64,000 nucleotides of DNA, from contig CAVVRV010000027.1 of the NCBI GenBank assembly GCA_963750625.1, forward strand, positions 46,191 through 110,190. The letters run 5' to 3'. Shown here piece by piece: positions 24,610 through 37,570 of this stretch. The stretch's first letter is position 1. Each line of letters starts with the position of its first letter. The stretch is from an uncultured Gammaproteobacteria bacterium. GTDB lineage: Bacteria; Pseudomonadota; Gammaproteobacteria; Acidiferrobacterales; Sulfurifustaceae. Below the pieces are notes generated by a model, which worked only from the letters and a program-made list of their open reading frames with translations, did not search any database and was not told the DNA's origin. Made by a program: the position numbers and the translations under genes.

Positions 24610-26331
24610 ATGGCAACCGCAAGCACAGCGACGAATCTGAGTGGCCTGGCGCTGAGGCTGGTGCGCGACAATCTCCTGAGCCCGACGGACGCCGAGCGCA
24701 TTCAGGCGGAGGCGCTCAGCAAGAAAACCTCCTTCGTCACGCAACTGGTCGAGAGCAAGAAACTCGACAGCGCCACCATCGCCAAGGTGGCGTCGGAAGA
24801 TTTCGGCATTCCGCTGTTCGAAATCAATTCGCTCGACCTGGAGATGGCGCCGGTCAAGCTGGTGGATGAAAAGATCATCCGCCGACATCGCGTTCTGCCA
24901 TTATTCAAACGCGGAACAAGACTTTTCGTCGCCGTCTCCGACCCCACGAATCTCCAGGCACTGGATGAAATCAAGTTCCATACGGGCCTTGGCACCGAAC
25001 CGATTCTGGTCGAGGAAGCCAAGCTCGCTGTCATCATCGAGAAGTCGCTGGACGCCCAGGACACCAGCCTTGCCGATCTGGCGGGTGATGACAGCCTGGA
25101 AAATCTCGAGATCATTGCCGGCGAGGAAGGCGCGGAAGCTGGAAACGCCGGCGGCGAGGAAGGCGTTAACGATGCACCGGTCGTCAAGTTCGTCAACAAA
25201 GTGCTGATGGATGCCATCAACCGCGGCGCCTCGGATATTCATATCGAGCCGTACGAAAAAACCTATCGCGTGCGTTATCGCCAGGACGGCATGCTGACTG
25301 AGATCGCCAACCCCCCGCTGGCTATGTCCGCGCGTATTGCCGCGCGCCTGAAGATTCTTTCCAGGCTCGATATCGCCGAGCGTCGCGTCCCCCAGGACGG
25401 ACGCATGAAGATGCGCATCTCGAAGAATCGCGCGATCGACTTTCGCGTCAGCACGCTGCCAACCCTGTGGGGCGAGAAGATCGTGATGCGTATTCTTGAC
25501 CCGACTTCCGCCACACTGGGCGTGGAAAAACTCGGATTTGAGGATTTCCAGAAACAACTTTTTCTTGAGGCCATCAACCGCCCGTACGGCATGGTGCTCG
25601 TCACCGGTCCGACGGGTAGCGGTAAAACCGTTACGCTTTATACCGGACTGAATATTCTCAACACACCGGATAACAACATCTCCACCGCGGAAGACCCGGT
25701 GGAAATTAACCTGGCGGGCATCAATCAGGTCAATATCAATGAAAAGGCGGGGCTCAACTTCGCCTCGGCATTGCGCGCCTTCCTGCGCCAGGATCCGGAC
25801 ATCATCATGGTCGGTGAAATCCGCGACCTCGAAACGGCCGAAATCGCCATCAAGGCGGCACAGACGGGCCACATGGTGCTTTCCACCCTGCATACGAACG
25901 ACGCGCCCTCGACCCTTACTCGTCTCGCTAATATGGGTGTGCCGCCGTTTAATATCGCCTCGGCCGTCAATCTGATCATGGCCCAACGCCTGGCGCGGCG
26001 TCTGTGCCCGCATTGCAAGAAACCGATTGATATTCCCAAACATGCCCTGCTCAAGGCCGGGTTCAGGGAAGAAGAACTGAACGGTCTGGTGATTTACGGC
26101 GCCGTCGGCTGTGATGTCTGCAATGGCGGCTATAAGGGACGAGTGGGTATCTATCAGGTCATGCCGGTAACTCCCGCCATCGGCGAGATCATCATGCGCG
26201 GCGGCAACCAGCTGGACATCCAGAAGCAGGCGGAGAAAGAAGGTGTTCCCGATTTGCGCCGATCGGGTCTGAAAAAGGTCAAGGACGGCGTTACCACGCT
26301 GGATGAAGTCGAACGGGCAACCAACGAGTAA
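24610..26331 (+). CDS. pilB: Type IV pilus assembly ATPase
   Basis: ASDIHIEP, VTGPTGSGKT, AEDPVE, LRQDPDIIMVGEIRD, CxxC..CxxC. Confidence 0.97.
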   Translation: MATASTATNLSGLALRLVRDNLLSPTDAERIQAEALSKKTSFVTQLVESKKLDSATIAKVASEDFGIPLFEINSLDLEMAPVKLVDEKIIRRHRVLPLFKRGTRLFVAVSDPTNLQALDEIKFHTGLGTEPILVEEAKLAVIIEKSLDAQDTSLADLAGDDSLENLEIIAGEEGAEAGNAGGEEGVNDAPVVKFVNKVLMDAINRGASDIHIEPYEKTYRVRYRQDGMLTEIANPPLAMSARIAARLKILSRLDIAERRVPQDGRMKMRISKNRAIDFRVSTLPTLWGEKIVMRILDPTSATLGVEKLGFEDFQKQLFLEAINRPYGMVLVTGPTGSGKTVTLYTGLNILNTPDNNISTAEDPVEINLAGINQVNINEKAGLNFASALRAFLRQDPDIIMVGEIRDLETAEIAIKAAQTGHMVLSTLHTNDAPSTLTRLANMGVPPFNIASAVNLIMAQRLARRLCPHCKKPIDIPKHALLKAGFREEELNGLVIYGAVGCDVCNGGYKGRVGIYQVMPVTPAIGEIIMRGGNQLDIQKQAEKEGVPDLRRSGLKKVKDGVTTLDEVERATNE

Positions 26332-26334
26332 ACT

Positions 26335-27562
26335 ATGGCAGAAGCTGCGATCAAGAAACCGAAGTTTGATGCCTTTCTCTGGGAAGGCATCGATAAACAG
26401 GGAAAGAAAGTCAAAGGCATCATGGAGGCGGCCAGTGTCGCCTATGTGAACGCCACGCTTCGTCGCCAGGGCGTCAATCCCGTCAAGGTGGCCAAACAGC
26501 GCAAGATCGCCTTCAAGTTCAAAAAGAAGATCACGTCCAAGGACATTTCAGTATTCACCCGCCAGCTCGCTACCATGCTGATGTCGGGCATTCCCATCGC
26601 CCAGTCCTTCGATATCGTCGGCAAGGGACATGAAAATCCTGCGATGCAGGAAATCATCCTGTCCATCAAACAGGACATTGAGTCGGGTACCGCGCTGGCC
26701 CCAGCGCTGGGCAAATATCCTCTCTACTTCGATGCCTTGTACTGCAACCTGGTGCAGGCGGGTGAACAGGCAGGTATTCTGGACGGCATTCTTGATAAAG
26801 TCGCCACCTATAAGGAAAAGATCGAAGCCATCAAGGGCAAGATCAAATCGGCGCTGTTCTACCCGACGGCTGTCATCGTTGTCGCATTTATCATTACCGC
26901 CGTATTGCTGGTATTCGTTATCCCGCAATTCGAGAGCCTGTTTGCTGGATTCGGCGCCGACCTGCCGGCCATGACCAAGATGGTCATCAATCTTTCCAAA
27001 GCGTTCCAGGATTGGTGGTGGGCGATTATCGGTTCAATCGTCGGAACCGTGGTATTCACTCGGCTACTCGTACAAACGTTCGATAAAGATGCAGCACAGT
27101 CTCGACCGCGCCCTGCTGAAATTTCCGGTGATCGGCGAGATCGTCAAGAAGGCCACCATCGCCCGGTTCTCACGCACGCTGGCAACCATGTTCGCCGCGG
27201 GCGTGCCACTCGTCGAGGCGCTCGATTCCGTCGCCGGCGCGTCGGGCAACCGCGTCTATTATGAAGGCACCATGGCCATCAAATCCGACGTGAGCACCGG
27301 CATGCAGTTGCAATCGTCAATGAACGCCACGGGGCTTTTCCCCAATATGGTGGTGCAAATGGTCGCCATCGGCGAGGAATCCGGTGAACTCGACAAGATG
27401 CTCAGCAAGGTTGCCGATTTTTATGAAGCGGAAGTGGACGATGCCGTGGCGGGACTATCCAGCCTGCTCGAACCGATCATCATGGCGTTCCTTGGCATCG
27501 TTATCGGCGGTCTGGTCGTCGCCATGTACCTGCCGATATTCAAGCTTGCGGCCACTGTTTAA
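26335..27562 (+). CDS. pilC: Type IV pilus platform protein (frameshift near 27060)
   Basis: FTRQLATML, AGEQAG.LD, KIKSALFYP, IGEESGELD, AMYLPIF. Confidence 0.96.
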
Positions 27563-27613
27563 TCCTGGCCGAAGGTACCGCTGCTTGCTGTCTTTCGGGC
27601 ATAATGCCGCCCG

Positions 27614-28498
27614 ATGAACGACTTGTCCGCTTTCTTCGCCAACTATCCCGCGGCTTTTCCCTGGATGGCCGGCCTGTTCGGTCTGGCCATCGGCAGCTTC
27701 CTGAACGTCGTCGTCCATCGACTGCCCGTCATGCTCGAGCGCCGCTGGCAAAGCCAGTGCCGTGAACTTCTCAATCCGAATCAGCCGCAGACCGATGCTT
27801 CCGAGCGTTTTGATCTCATCGTGCCCCGTTCACGCTGTCCGCACTGCGGACATGCGATCACGGCACTGGAAAACATCCCCGTTCTGAGCTTTCTCTGGCT
27901 GCGGGGGAAATGCTCCGCCTGCCGCAAGCCCATTTCCTGGCGCTACCCTCTCGTCGAACTGCTGACCGGCTGTCTCTCGGTATTGGTGGCGTGGCGATTC
28001 GGTTTTAGTCTTGCGGCGCTGGCCGGTCTGGCCCTCACCTGGAGCCTGATTGCACTCAGCTTCATTGACGTTGACCGGCAACTTCTGCCCGATGACCTCA
28101 CACTGCCGCTGTTATGGGCGGGACTGCTGTTCAATATCTTTGCCGTTTTCGTGCCCTTGTCCTCAGCAGTCATTGGCGCCATAGCCGGTTACGTCTCCCT
28201 CTGGCTGGTGTATCAACTTTTCAAGTTGACGACGGGCAAGGAGGGTATGGGTTATGGTGATTTCAAGCTCTTTGCTGTCTTGGGTGCGTGGCTGGGATGG
28301 CAGAGCCTGCCCCTGATCATTCTGCTGGCCTCGCTGGTGGGTGCCGTGGTGGGAATCAGCTTCATTGTGTTTTTCGGCCATGACCGCCGCATGCCGATTC
28401 CCTTTGGTCCGTTTCTGTGCGCCGCCGGCTGGATCGCTCTCCTGTGGGGTGAGCCGCTGACTCGCCTCTATCTACAATTTGCACGGATTGCCGTCTGA
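27614..28498 (+). CDS. pilD: Prepilin peptidase
   Basis: IGSFLNVV, RSRCPHC, GKCSAC, GKEGMGYGDFKL, PFGPFL. Confidence 0.97.
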   Translation: MNDLSAFFANYPAAFPWMAGLFGLAIGSFLNVVVHRLPVMLERRWQSQCRELLNPNQPQTDASERFDLIVPRSRCPHCGHAITALENIPVLSFLWLRGKCSACRKPISWRYPLVELLTGCLSVLVAWRFGFSLAALAGLALTWSLIALSFIDVDRQLLPDDLTLPLLWAGLLFNIFAVFVPLSSAVIGAIAGYVSLWLVYQLFKLTTGKEGMGYGDFKLFAVLGAWLGWQSLPLIILLASLVGAVVGISFIVFFGHDRRMPIPFGPFLCAAGWIALLWGEPLTRLYLQFARIAV

Positions 28499-28509
28499 GC
28501 ACTGGCCCC

Positions 28510-29118
28510 ATGTTGCGGATTGGCCTTACCGGTGGCATTGGCAGCGGAAAATCCACGGTGGCGGCACTCCTGACCACGCGTGGCGTGCCGGTCATCGACA
28601 CCGACGAAATCGCGCATCGCCTGACCGAACCCGGGCAACCGGCATTCGACGAGATCGTCCGCATCTTCGGGCAGGATATTCTCGATGCCAACTCGCGGAT
28701 TGACCGGAACAAGTTGCGCGAACGCGTGTTCGAGAATGCCGGCGAACGTCAGCGGCTTGAGGCGATCCTGCATCCGCGCATCCGCGAAGTGGTCCGCGAA
28801 AAACTGGATGTACTTCACGCGCCCTACTGCATCCTCGTGGTACCGCTGCTGATCGAATCCGGGTTCATCGATCTCGTGGATCGGGTTCTGGTGGTGGACG
28901 CCTCGGAAGGCGTGCAGATTCAGCGCACCGCCGCGCGCAGCGGATTGACCGAACCGGAGATCCGTAAAATCATGGCCGCCCAGGTGAGTCGCGCGCAACG
29001 TCTGCAAAAGGCGGATGACGTGATCGACAACAATGGTGATCGCAAACATCTCGAAAAAGAAGTTGAGCGCCTGCACCAGTGGTATCTCTCTCTGGCGGCA
29101 ACCGTGAAGAAAAACTAG
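28510..29118 (+). CDS. coaE: Dephospho-CoA kinase
   Basis: IGLTGGIGSGKST, LEAILHP, VPLLIE. Confidence 0.97.
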   Translation: MLRIGLTGGIGSGKSTVAALLTTRGVPVIDTDEIAHRLTEPGQPAFDEIVRIFGQDILDANSRIDRNKLRERVFENAGERQRLEAILHPRIREVVREKLDVLHAPYCILVVPLLIESGFIDLVDRVLVVDASEGVQIQRTAARSGLTEPEIRKIMAAQVSRAQRLQKADDVIDNNGDRKHLEKEVERLHQWYLSLAATVKKN

Positions 29119-30123
29119 TTCGAGGCAAGAGCGGTAACGGCCTGCTCGATCGAATTCGCACCCCAGATCTGGCTGACCATCGCCAATCCCTGCGCACCCG
29201 CTTGACGCGCCCGCGCGAGGTCCTGCACGCGCATGCCTCCCAGGGCATACACCGGCAGGTTCACGCCCGCGCACAACCGGGAAAAGGCCTCCCAACCGAG
29301 CGGTGCCGCACCGGGATGCGAGGAGGTCGGCGCCACCGGCGATAGCACCGCGAAATCCGCCCCCAAGCGCTCCGCCTGACGCAGTTCCTCGGCGTTGTGG
29401 CAGGAAGCGCGCGATCCAGAAATGATCATCGAGAGGACGCGATGCATATTGCGCCAGACGCTTGCCGTTCAGATGCACTCCGTCGGCATCGCAGCGCGAC
29501 ACCCATTCCGGTTCGGCATTGAGCAGCAATTGGGCGCCATGACGATGGCACAGACCGGCGATCAGCCTGGCATAATCCTCGAATTCATCGGGCGGCATGT
29601 GTGGCTCGCGCAACTGCACCAACCGAGCTCCCGCCTTCAAGGCACGCTCCAGCGGCGCAAGAAATCCGTCCTTTCCGAAGCGCCGTGAATCGCTGATGAG
29701 ATAAAGCGGTGGCAGCCAGAGTCGGCGCAGGATCGGCCGGTCGGCTTCGGGAAAATCCAGCTGGGGAAGCTCGGCGCAGGCAATCCATTTCGCTTCCTGG
29801 CCTTCGCGCCCGTGCGGTGTGCCCTGGTAGCGGGAAATACGCCAGACATCGAGCAGGACATCCCGGTCATGGTATGCATGCCGAACCTGCATGTAGGCGC
29901 GAGCGTCTTGCACCTCGATGCCCAGTTCCTCCCTGAGTTCGCGTTTCAATGCCGATAGTGTATTTTCACCCGGTTCGATCTTGCCGCCGGGGAATTCCCA
30001 CTTGCCACCCTGATGACTGTCGGGAAACCGCCGGGTGACAAATACCTTGCCGTCTTGCGCGAGGATGCCGACCGCGACGCGCAGCAGCGAACTAGCTCCG
30101 GTACTCGGCGTTGATTCGGACAT
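29115..30123 (-). CDS. MutT Nudix hydrolase fused to a thiamine-phosphate synthase-like domain (frameshift near 29410)
   Basis: [23 protein letters not shown] Nudix box; VQLRE, DGVHL, ASCH, PVYALGG. Confidence 0.9.
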
Positions 30124-31312
30124 AATCGTGCGAAAGATCCGATGTCCAGACGCGTGCCGAGGCATATCCAACGCCCAGGTCCACTCCGATACGGATTTCC
30201 GGAAGCCGCATGACGGCGAGCCCCTTGGCCTCGGTGTAATCGGCATCGAGGGCGCCGTTACGTACGACACGCACCTCGTTGAGATGAATCGCCACCTTGC
30301 TGACATCGAGTTGCGCGATCGGCGCACGCCCGATGGCCGCCAGGATGCGGCCCCAGTTGGGGTCGCTGGCAAAAAATGCGGTCTTCACCAACGGCGAATG
30401 AGCGATGGTGTAGGCCACCTCAAGACAGTCGGATTCGCTGCGCCCGCCACGTACTTCGATCGTGATGAATTTGGTCGCACCCTCCGCGTCGCGCACGATA
30501 GCCTGCGCCAGCTCCGTGAACACCTCCGTAACGGTGTGCAGGAGGGCCGCATGGGCCTCGCCTTCCGCATGATCGATCAAGGGATTACCCGCAGCGCCGG
30601 TCGCCAGCAGCACGCAGGCATCGTTGGTGGAAGTATCGCCGTCCACGGTAATGCGATTGAATGACTCATTGGCCGCCGCGGAAACACAGGCCTGGAGAAC
30701 TGCCGGAGTCACGGCGGCATCGGTGGCGACAAATGCCAACAGGGTCGCCATGTCAGGCCGGATCATGCCAGCACCCTTGGCGATGCCGGTCACTGTCACC
30801 GTGCGCGAACCGAGGCGGATCTTGCGCGAACTGCCCTTGGGCACGGTGTCGGTGGTCATGATGCCGTGCGCCGCTTCCGCCCAGCCGTTTTCATTGAGAG
30901 CAGCTTGGCAGGCCGGAAGAGCGGCGATGATCCGTTCCCGCGGAAAACGCTCGCCGATAACGCCCGTGGAAAAGGGCAGGATTTCTTCGGATCGACAGCC
31001 GATCTGCTTGGCCAGGGCTGCGCAACAGGCACGCGCATCCTCGAGGCCCGGTTCGCCGGTGCCGGCGTTGGCAAAGCCGGTATTGATGAGCAGCGCGCGC
31101 GGGGCAGCCTTGGCGAGATGTTCGCGTGCCACGATGACGGGCGCGGCACAGAAGCGGTTCTTGGTAAACACGGCGGCGGCATGCGTGCCCGGTGCGCACT
31201 CGATCAGCACCAGATCGCGCCGGTCTTTCTTGCGGATGCCGGCGGCGACTGTGCCGAGACGTATGCCGGCAACCGATCCAAGGGAGGGTAAACCGTGTAA
31301 GCCAACCGCCAT
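30092..31312 (-). CDS. argJ: Glutamate N-acetyltransferase / ornithine acetyltransferase
   Basis: [49 protein letters not shown]. Confidence 0.97.
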   Translation of the reverse strand: MAVGLHGLPSLGSVAGIRLGTVAAGIRKKDRRDLVLIECAPGTHAAAVFTKNRFCAAPVIVAREHLAKAAPRALLINTGFANAGTGEPGLEDARACCAALAKQIGCRSEEILPFSTGVIGERFPRERIIAALPACQAALNENGWAEAAHGIMTTDTVPKGSSRKIRLGSRTVTVTGIAKGAGMIRPDMATLLAFVATDAAVTPAVLQACVSAAANESFNRITVDGDTSTNDACVLLATGAAGNPLIDHAEGEAHAALLHTVTEVFTELAQAIVRDAEGATKFITIEVRGGRSESDCLEVAYTIAHSPLVKTAFFASDPNWGRILAAIGRAPIAQLDVSKVAIHLNEVRVVRNGALDADYTEAKGLAVMRLPEIRIGVDLGVGYASARVWTSDLSHDYVRINAEYRS

Positions 31313-31315
31313 GGG

Positions 31316-34024
31316 TCAGGCCAGTTTGCCGTGGCAGTGCTTGTACTTCTTCCCGGAACCGCAGGGACAAGGCTCGTTGCGCCCGACTTTGGGCTGGCGG
31401 CGCGTCATCGGCTTCTGCGCGGCGGCCTCGCCGACGGCGTCATCTCCTCTTCCGGCTGTCCACCCGTATCGAGCGAGGGGTGGACGAAATGCATTTCCTG
31501 GGGCTGGCGATTCTGACTTTCCAGCGCCTCGACATCCTGCGGCGCCTGCACCTGAACGTGAGCCAGAAGATTGATCACGTCATGCCGAATGCGAGTCAGC
31601 ATGTCGGAGAAAAGCACGAATGACTCGCGCTTGTACTCTTCCTTCGGATTCTTCTGGGCATAACCGCGCAGGTGAATGCCCTGGCGCAGATAATCCATGG
31701 CCGCGAGATGATCCTTCCACTGCGTGTCCAGCACCTGCAACATGACCGCCTTTTCAAGGTGGCGCATGACATCAGGCCCGATGGCTAGCGCCTTTTCGGC
31801 GTGGCGGCGATCGGCCTCGCTGATGATACGGGCACGAAGTTTTTCCTCGTCCAAGCCCGTCTCGTCCTTGAGCCACTGGGCAACAGGCAGTTTCAACCCG
31901 AACTCGCGCTCGAGACTTTCCTCCAGCCCGGGCACGTCCCACTGCTCCTCCAGGCTCTCCGGGGGAATATGCTGGTTCATCAGCTCGTTGACGACATCAA
32001 GACGAATCGACGTAATGCTCTCGGAAATATCGTCCACGTCCATGAGCCGGTTGCGCTGTTCGTAGATCACCTTGCGCTGATCGTTCGCCACGTCGTCGTA
32101 TTCGAGCAGTTGCTTGCGAATATCGAAGTTACGTCCCTCGACCTTGCGCTGGGCATTCTCAATCGCGCGCGATACCCAAGGGTGCTCGATCGCCTCGCCC
32201 TTTTGCATGCCCAGCTTCTGCATGAGGCCGGAAAGCCGGTCACTGCCGAAGATGCGCAGCAGATTGTCTTCCAGCGAAAGATAAAAACGCGAGGAACCGG
32301 GATCGCCCTGGCGCCCGGAACGGCCGCGCAGCTGGTTGTCGATGCGCCGCGACTCATGGCGCTCGGTGCCGATCACGTGCAATCCGCCTGCCGCCACGAC
32401 CTGCTGGTGTCGCTTGTCCCACTCGGTCCGGGTCTGCTGCCGCTTCGGGGAATCATCGCCGATTTCCTTGAACTCCATCTCGAGATTGCCGCCAAGCACG
32501 ATGTCGGTGCCGCGACCGGCCATGTTGGTGGCGATGGTGACGGCCCCGGGACGGCCGGCCTGCGCCACGATCATGCGCTTCACGCTCGTGGTGCTTGGCA
32601 TTCAACACCTGATGGGGAATCTTTTCGTTCTGCAACAGGCCCGAAAGCAGCTCCGAGGCTTCGATGGTCACGGTGCCGACCAGCACCGGCTGGCCGCGCT
32701 GATGACAATCGCGGATATCGGCCAGGATCGCCGTGTGTTTTTCCCCGGCCGTGCGGTATATCTGGTCGGCCATGTCCTGGCGGATCATGGGATGATGGGT
32801 CGGGATCACCACGACCTCGAGGCCGTAGATCTGCTGGAACTCGAAGGCTTCGGTGTCGGCGGTGCCGGTCATGCCGGAAAGCTTGCCGTACAGCCTGAAA
32901 TAATTCTGGAAGGTAATCGTGGCGAGCGTCTGATTTTCGTTCTGGATCTTCACGCCTTCCTTCGCTTCCACGGCCTGATGCAAGCCATCCGACCAGCGCC
33001 GTCCCTGCATCATGCGCCCGGTGAACTCGTCGATGATGATCACCTCGTCGTCACGCACGATGTAATCCACCTCGCGCTTGAACAGGGAATGCGCGCGCAA
33101 CGCGGCGTTGAGGTGGTGCATCAGAATCAGATTGGAGGCATCGTAGAGACTTGAGCCCGCTTCCAGCAGACCCGCCTGGGCCAGGAGTTTCTCGACCTTC
33201 TCGTGTCCGGCCTCGGTGAAGTAGGCCTGGCGCGCCTTTTCGTCCACGCTGTAATCCCCCGGACCGTCCTCGGTCTCCTGCTTGATAAGACGGGGAATAA
33301 TCGTGTTGATCTTGACGTACAGATCGGCGCTTTCATCGGCGGCTCCGGAGATAATGAGCGGCGTGCGCGCCTCGTCGATCAGAATCGAGTCCACCTCATC
33401 CACGATGGCGTAGTTGACACCGCGTTGTACGCGCTCCTCGGCGCGAAACGCCATGTTGTCGCGCAGATAATCAAAGCCGTATTCGTTGTTGGTGCCGTAG
33501 GTGATATCGGCGGCATAGGCGTCGCGTTTTTCCTGGCGGTCCTGACCCGGAACAACGACACCCACGCTCATGCCCAGAAACCGGTATATCTGACCCATCC
33601 ATTCGGCGTCGCGACGCGCCAGGTAGTCGTTGACGGTCACCACGTGCACGCCCTTGCCGGAAAGGGCATTCAGGTACACGGCGAGCGTGGCCACGAGGGT
33701 CTTGCCTTCACCGGTGCGCATTTCCGCGATCTTGCCCTGGTGCAACACCATTCCGCCGATCAGCTGCACGTCGAAATGACGCATGCCCAGTGCGCGCTTG
33801 GACGCCTCGCGCACGCAAGCGAAGGCTTCGTGCAGCAGGCTGTCCAGGCTTTCGCCATTCGACACGCGGGTTTTGAATTCGGAGGTCTTGGCGCGCAGCT
33901 GCTCGTCGGTGAGCTTGGCAAGTTCGGGCTCGAGCGCATTGATGCGTACGACATCCTGCTGCATGCGCTTGAGCAGACGCGAGTTGCGACTGCCGAATAT
34001 CTTGGTAAGCGCTTTCGTAATCAT
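31316..34024 (-). CDS. secA: Preprotein translocase ATPase (frameshifts near 32580 and 31440)
   Basis: [47 protein letters not shown]-terminal [14 protein letters not shown]. Confidence 0.98.
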
Positions 34025-34118
34025 AAAAATCCGTGCGCCTCGCGCGGAGGCGTATCAAAAGAGCGGCAATTATGGAGGAAAAGTGGTGAGACTTGAAGCG
34101 TAATACGGCGACGAATGA

Positions 34119-35048
34119 CTATTTGGCGCTGGCCTGCTGGAGATACCGCATGGGATTTACCGGAGTGCCATTGCGCACGACTTCAAAATGCAGATGGGGG
34201 CCGGTGGAACGACCGGAAGAGCCGACGAGCGCGATTGACTGCCCCTTCTTGACACGGTCACCCACTTTGACAAGGGTGGCGCTGGTGTGGGCATAGCGCG
34301 TGATCAGGCCGGATTCGTGCGTCACCTCGACCAACAGTCCATAGCCGGCTCGCTCCCCGCTGTGCGACACGACCCCGTCGCCCACCGCCAGCACGGGCGA
34401 GCCCATATGCGAGGCGATATCCACGCCTTCATGCACGGACTGATGGCCATTGAACGGATCGGCGCGCACGCCGAAACCGGAGGAAATCCATCCGCCATCC
34501 ACCGGCCACCCGGAGGGCGTCACGGCGGCGTTAAGCTTGCGGTCCAGCAACAGGTTCTCGAGAGCGGCCAGGCGCTCCTGCTGGCGTTCGATTTCATGCG
34601 TGAGCTGCTCGAGCGAAGACGTCAGTTCCGGCGGGTTCGAGGAAACACTGGCCTTTTCCGGGCCACCCATGGCGGCATCGGCGGAAAAATTGAATTCACG
34701 CGCATCCAGTCCTGCCATGCGGGTCAGGCGGCTGCCGAGCGCATTGAGCCGCAGCACCTGCGCCTGCAACTGACCCAGCCGCTGGGCCAGGGCGTTGAGG
34801 TGCGCCTCGGCATTGCGTTTGGCCTCGGCGACCGCGGTACGTTGCGCCGCCAGTTCGCGGCGTTGCGCCGTCAACAGTGAATCCGCGCTGTAGGCGGTCA
34901 ACATGTCCTGGGCGCGGTAGGCAATAACGCCCAACAATACGGGCAGCGCGACAAAAACAACCAGTGCAATCAGAATCAAGTGACGCTGGGAAAGGGTGGC
35001 GTTGCGGCCTTTGCCGTGACGGCTGTTGGGTACAAGTATGATGTTCAT
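34119..35048 (-). CDS. M23 family peptidase
   Basis: N-terminal TM, coiled coil, HEGVD, YAH, STGPHLHFEV. Confidence 0.93.
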   Translation of the reverse strand: MNIILVPNSRHGKGRNATLSQRHLILIALVVFVALPVLLGVIAYRAQDMLTAYSADSLLTAQRRELAAQRTAVAEAKRNAEAHLNALAQRLGQLQAQVLRLNALGSRLTRMAGLDAREFNFSADAAMGGPEKASVSSNPPELTSSLEQLTHEIERQQERLAALENLLLDRKLNAAVTPSGWPVDGGWISSGFGVRADPFNGHQSVHEGVDIASHMGSPVLAVGDGVVSHSGERAGYGLLVEVTHESGLITRYAHTSATLVKVGDRVKKGQSIALVGSSGRSTGPHLHFEVVRNGTPVNPMRYLQQASAK

Positions 35049-35116
35049 GCCGGTCGCTCCCCTGTCAACTCACCAATACACAAAATATGTAATCGTCGCT
35101 TCCCGCCGCACGCCGT

Positions 35117-36028
35117 TCAGACAGCCGGAACCGTGCGCACGAAGGCAATGGGTGCCTCGTCGTTTTCGTTATAGGTAATGAGTTCCCACGCCTCTTGGTT
35201 AATCACCAGTTCGCGCAACAGACGATTATTGAGGGAATGCCCGGACTTGTGAGCGCTGAAGGCGCCGATCAGCGGGTGACCCAAGAGATACAGATCGCCG
35301 ATGGCATCCAGCACCTTATGCTTGACGAACTCGTCTTCGTAACGCAAACCGTCGTCATTGAGTATCCGGTATTCATCGAGCACGATGGCGTTATCGAGCC
35401 CGCCGCCGCGCGCCAGTCCCGCCGCACGCAACGCCTCGAGATCGCCCATGAAACCGAAAGTGCGTGCACGGCTGACTTCTCTTACAAAAGAGGTTGTGGA
35501 AAAGTCGACGCTCGCATTCTGGGTCGAGTTGCGGAAGGTGGGATGATTGAATTCGATGGCAAACGAGACCTTGAACCCCTCAAACGGTTCGAAACAGGCC
35601 CATTTGTCGCCCTCTTCCAGACGGATCTTCTTCTTGATGCGCATGAAACGCTTCGGTGCCGACTGCTCGGCTATGCCCGCCGATTGGACCAGGAATACAA
35701 ACGGCCCCGCACTGCCGTCCATGATCGGCACTTCCGCGGCCGTCAGGTCAACATAGGCGTTATCGATACCCAGTCCGGCGAATGCCGACATAAGATGCTC
35801 CACCGTGGAAACTCTTGCACCGTTACACTCAAGTGTAGTCGAGAGGCGGGTATCGGAGACATTTTCCGGGCACGCCCGGATATCCACCGGTTCGGAGAGA
35901 TCGATGCGTCGGAAAATGATTCCAGTGTCGGATGGTGCCGGCCGCAGTGTCAGATAGACCTTTTCGCCGGTATGCAGCCCTACGCCCGTGGCGCGGATGA
36001 CATTCTTCAGAGTTCGTTGCTTAATCAT
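35117..36028 (-). CDS. lpxC: UDP-3-O-acyl-GlcNAc deacetylase
   Basis: [36 protein letters not shown]. Confidence 0.98.
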   Translation of the reverse strand: MIKQRTLKNVIRATGVGLHTGEKVYLTLRPAPSDTGIIFRRIDLSEPVDIRACPENVSDTRLSTTLECNGARVSTVEHLMSAFAGLGIDNAYVDLTAAEVPIMDGSAGPFVFLVQSAGIAEQSAPKRFMRIKKKIRLEEGDKWACFEPFEGFKVSFAIEFNHPTFRNSTQNASVDFSTTSFVREVSRARTFGFMGDLEALRAAGLARGGGLDNAIVLDEYRILNDDGLRYEDEFVKHKVLDAIGDLYLLGHPLIGAFSAHKSGHSLNNRLLRELVINQEAWELITYNENDEAPIAFVRTVPAV

Positions 36029-36368
36029 CTAGTTATTCAAACAATCCATATCTAACAGCGTATCGCGGCTGAATGTCCGCATCTCCGGCAGTGCAGAAAA
36101 CAGACTCGTGTAATATTTAAGCAACATGCAACCCTGCATGTTGCTAAAATGATTCTCTAGAAGCCGGGGGCCGGAATAAAAACTCAATCCCTATACGTAT
36201 TTAAGGATAAAACCACACCCCTGTCCAGCCAATTTTCCGACCTGACAGCGCTATCGGGGCATCACCCCCGATAAACGGCCCCGGATCGAGCATATTCCAA
36301 AATTGTCCTGAGCCGCTGGACCCGCGGCACAGGGTAACTCCCTTCCGTATCGCTTCGGGCACTCGGCG

Positions 36369-37508
36369 CTAGTCGGCCTGTTTCCTCAAGAATGCCGGGA
36401 TGTCCAGGTACTCGATGGCCGCTTCTGTCTGCACAGCCATCGGCCGTTCCGTGCGCCGGTTACGGATGACGGTGGGTGTTTCGAGATCCTCGTAATCCGT
36501 GGTGCCGGTACCGGTTTTGACCACCTTGTACGGCTGCTTGCTGCGCTGCTTTTCCTGACCAAGGCCGGTGGCCACGATGGTGACACGCAGTTCTTCGCGC
36601 ATCTCCGGCTCGATCACGGTACCAATCACCACGGTGGCATCATCCGAGGCAAATTCCTTGATCGTGTTGCCGACTTCTTCGAATTCACCGATCGACATAT
36701 CGAGGCCGGCCGTGATATTGACCAGAATGCCGCGTGCGCCGGAGATATTAATATCCTCGAGCAGCGGGCTTGAGACCGCGGCCATGGCCGCCTCACGCGC
36801 GCGTGACGGACCCGTTGCCGTGGCCGCACCCATCATCGCCATGCCCATCTCCGACATCACGGTACGCACATCGGCGAAGTCCACATTGATTAATCCCGAA
36901 CGCGTGATCAGTTCGGCGATGCCTTGTACCGCATTTTGCAAAACTTGATTCGCCTTGCCGAAGGCATCCAGCAGCGACGCATCCTTCCCGAGCACGGTCA
37001 CCAGTTTTTCGTTCGGGATCGTAATGATGGAATCGACGTATTGGGCGAGTTCCGAGATGCCCTGATCCGCCACACCCATGCGCTTGCGACCTTCGAACGG
37101 AAACGGTTTGGTGACCACCGCCACCGTCAGGATGCCCATATCCTTGGCTACTTGTGCGACCACCGGCGCCGCGCCCGTACCGGTGCCGCCACCCATGCCC
37201 GCGGTGATGAACACCATGTCAGCGCCGGAAAGCACCTCGGCAATACGCTCGCGATCTTCGACGGCGGCCTGTCGGCCGATGTCGGGATTGGCGCCGCATC
37301 CCAGACCCTTGGTGAGATTGGTCCCAAGTTGAAGAATGGTCTTCGCCTGCGATTTCTTGAGTGCCTGCGAATCCGTGTTGGCGTTAATGAACTCCACGCC
37401 ATCGATGCTCGCGGCGACCATGTGGTCGACGGCGTTGCCGCCGCCTCCGCCGACACCGATAACCTTGATGACGGCTTGCTGCCCATAGGTATCCATTAGT
37501 TCAAACAT
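36369..37508 (-). CDS. ftsZ: Cell division GTPase
   Basis: [39 protein letters not shown]. Confidence 0.99.
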   Translation of the reverse strand: MFELMDTYGQQAVIKVIGVGGGGGNAVDHMVAASIDGVEFINANTDSQALKKSQAKTILQLGTNLTKGLGCGANPDIGRQAAVEDRERIAEVLSGADMVFITAGMGGGTGTGAAPVVAQVAKDMGILTVAVVTKPFPFEGRKRMGVADQGISELAQYVDSIITIPNEKLVTVLGKDASLLDAFGKANQVLQNAVQGIAELITRSGLINVDFADVRTVMSEMGMAMMGAATATGPSRAREAAMAAVSSPLLEDINISGARGILVNITAGLDMSIGEFEEVGNTIKEFASDDATVVIGTVIEPEMREELRVTIVATGLGQEKQRSKQPYKVVKTGTGTTDYEDLETPTVIRNRRTERPMAVQTEAAIEYLDIPAFLRKQAD

Positions 37509-37570
37509 TGTGTTGCCTCCAGTGTAGGTTTCCAAAACCAGTTGATAGATCCATCTGCCTGTTCCCCCAA

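Noticed and set aside
29115-30123. Nudix plus thiamine-phosphate-synthase fusion as a novelty
   Set aside because: Well-known architecture downstream of secA/argJ in many beta- and gammaproteobacteria
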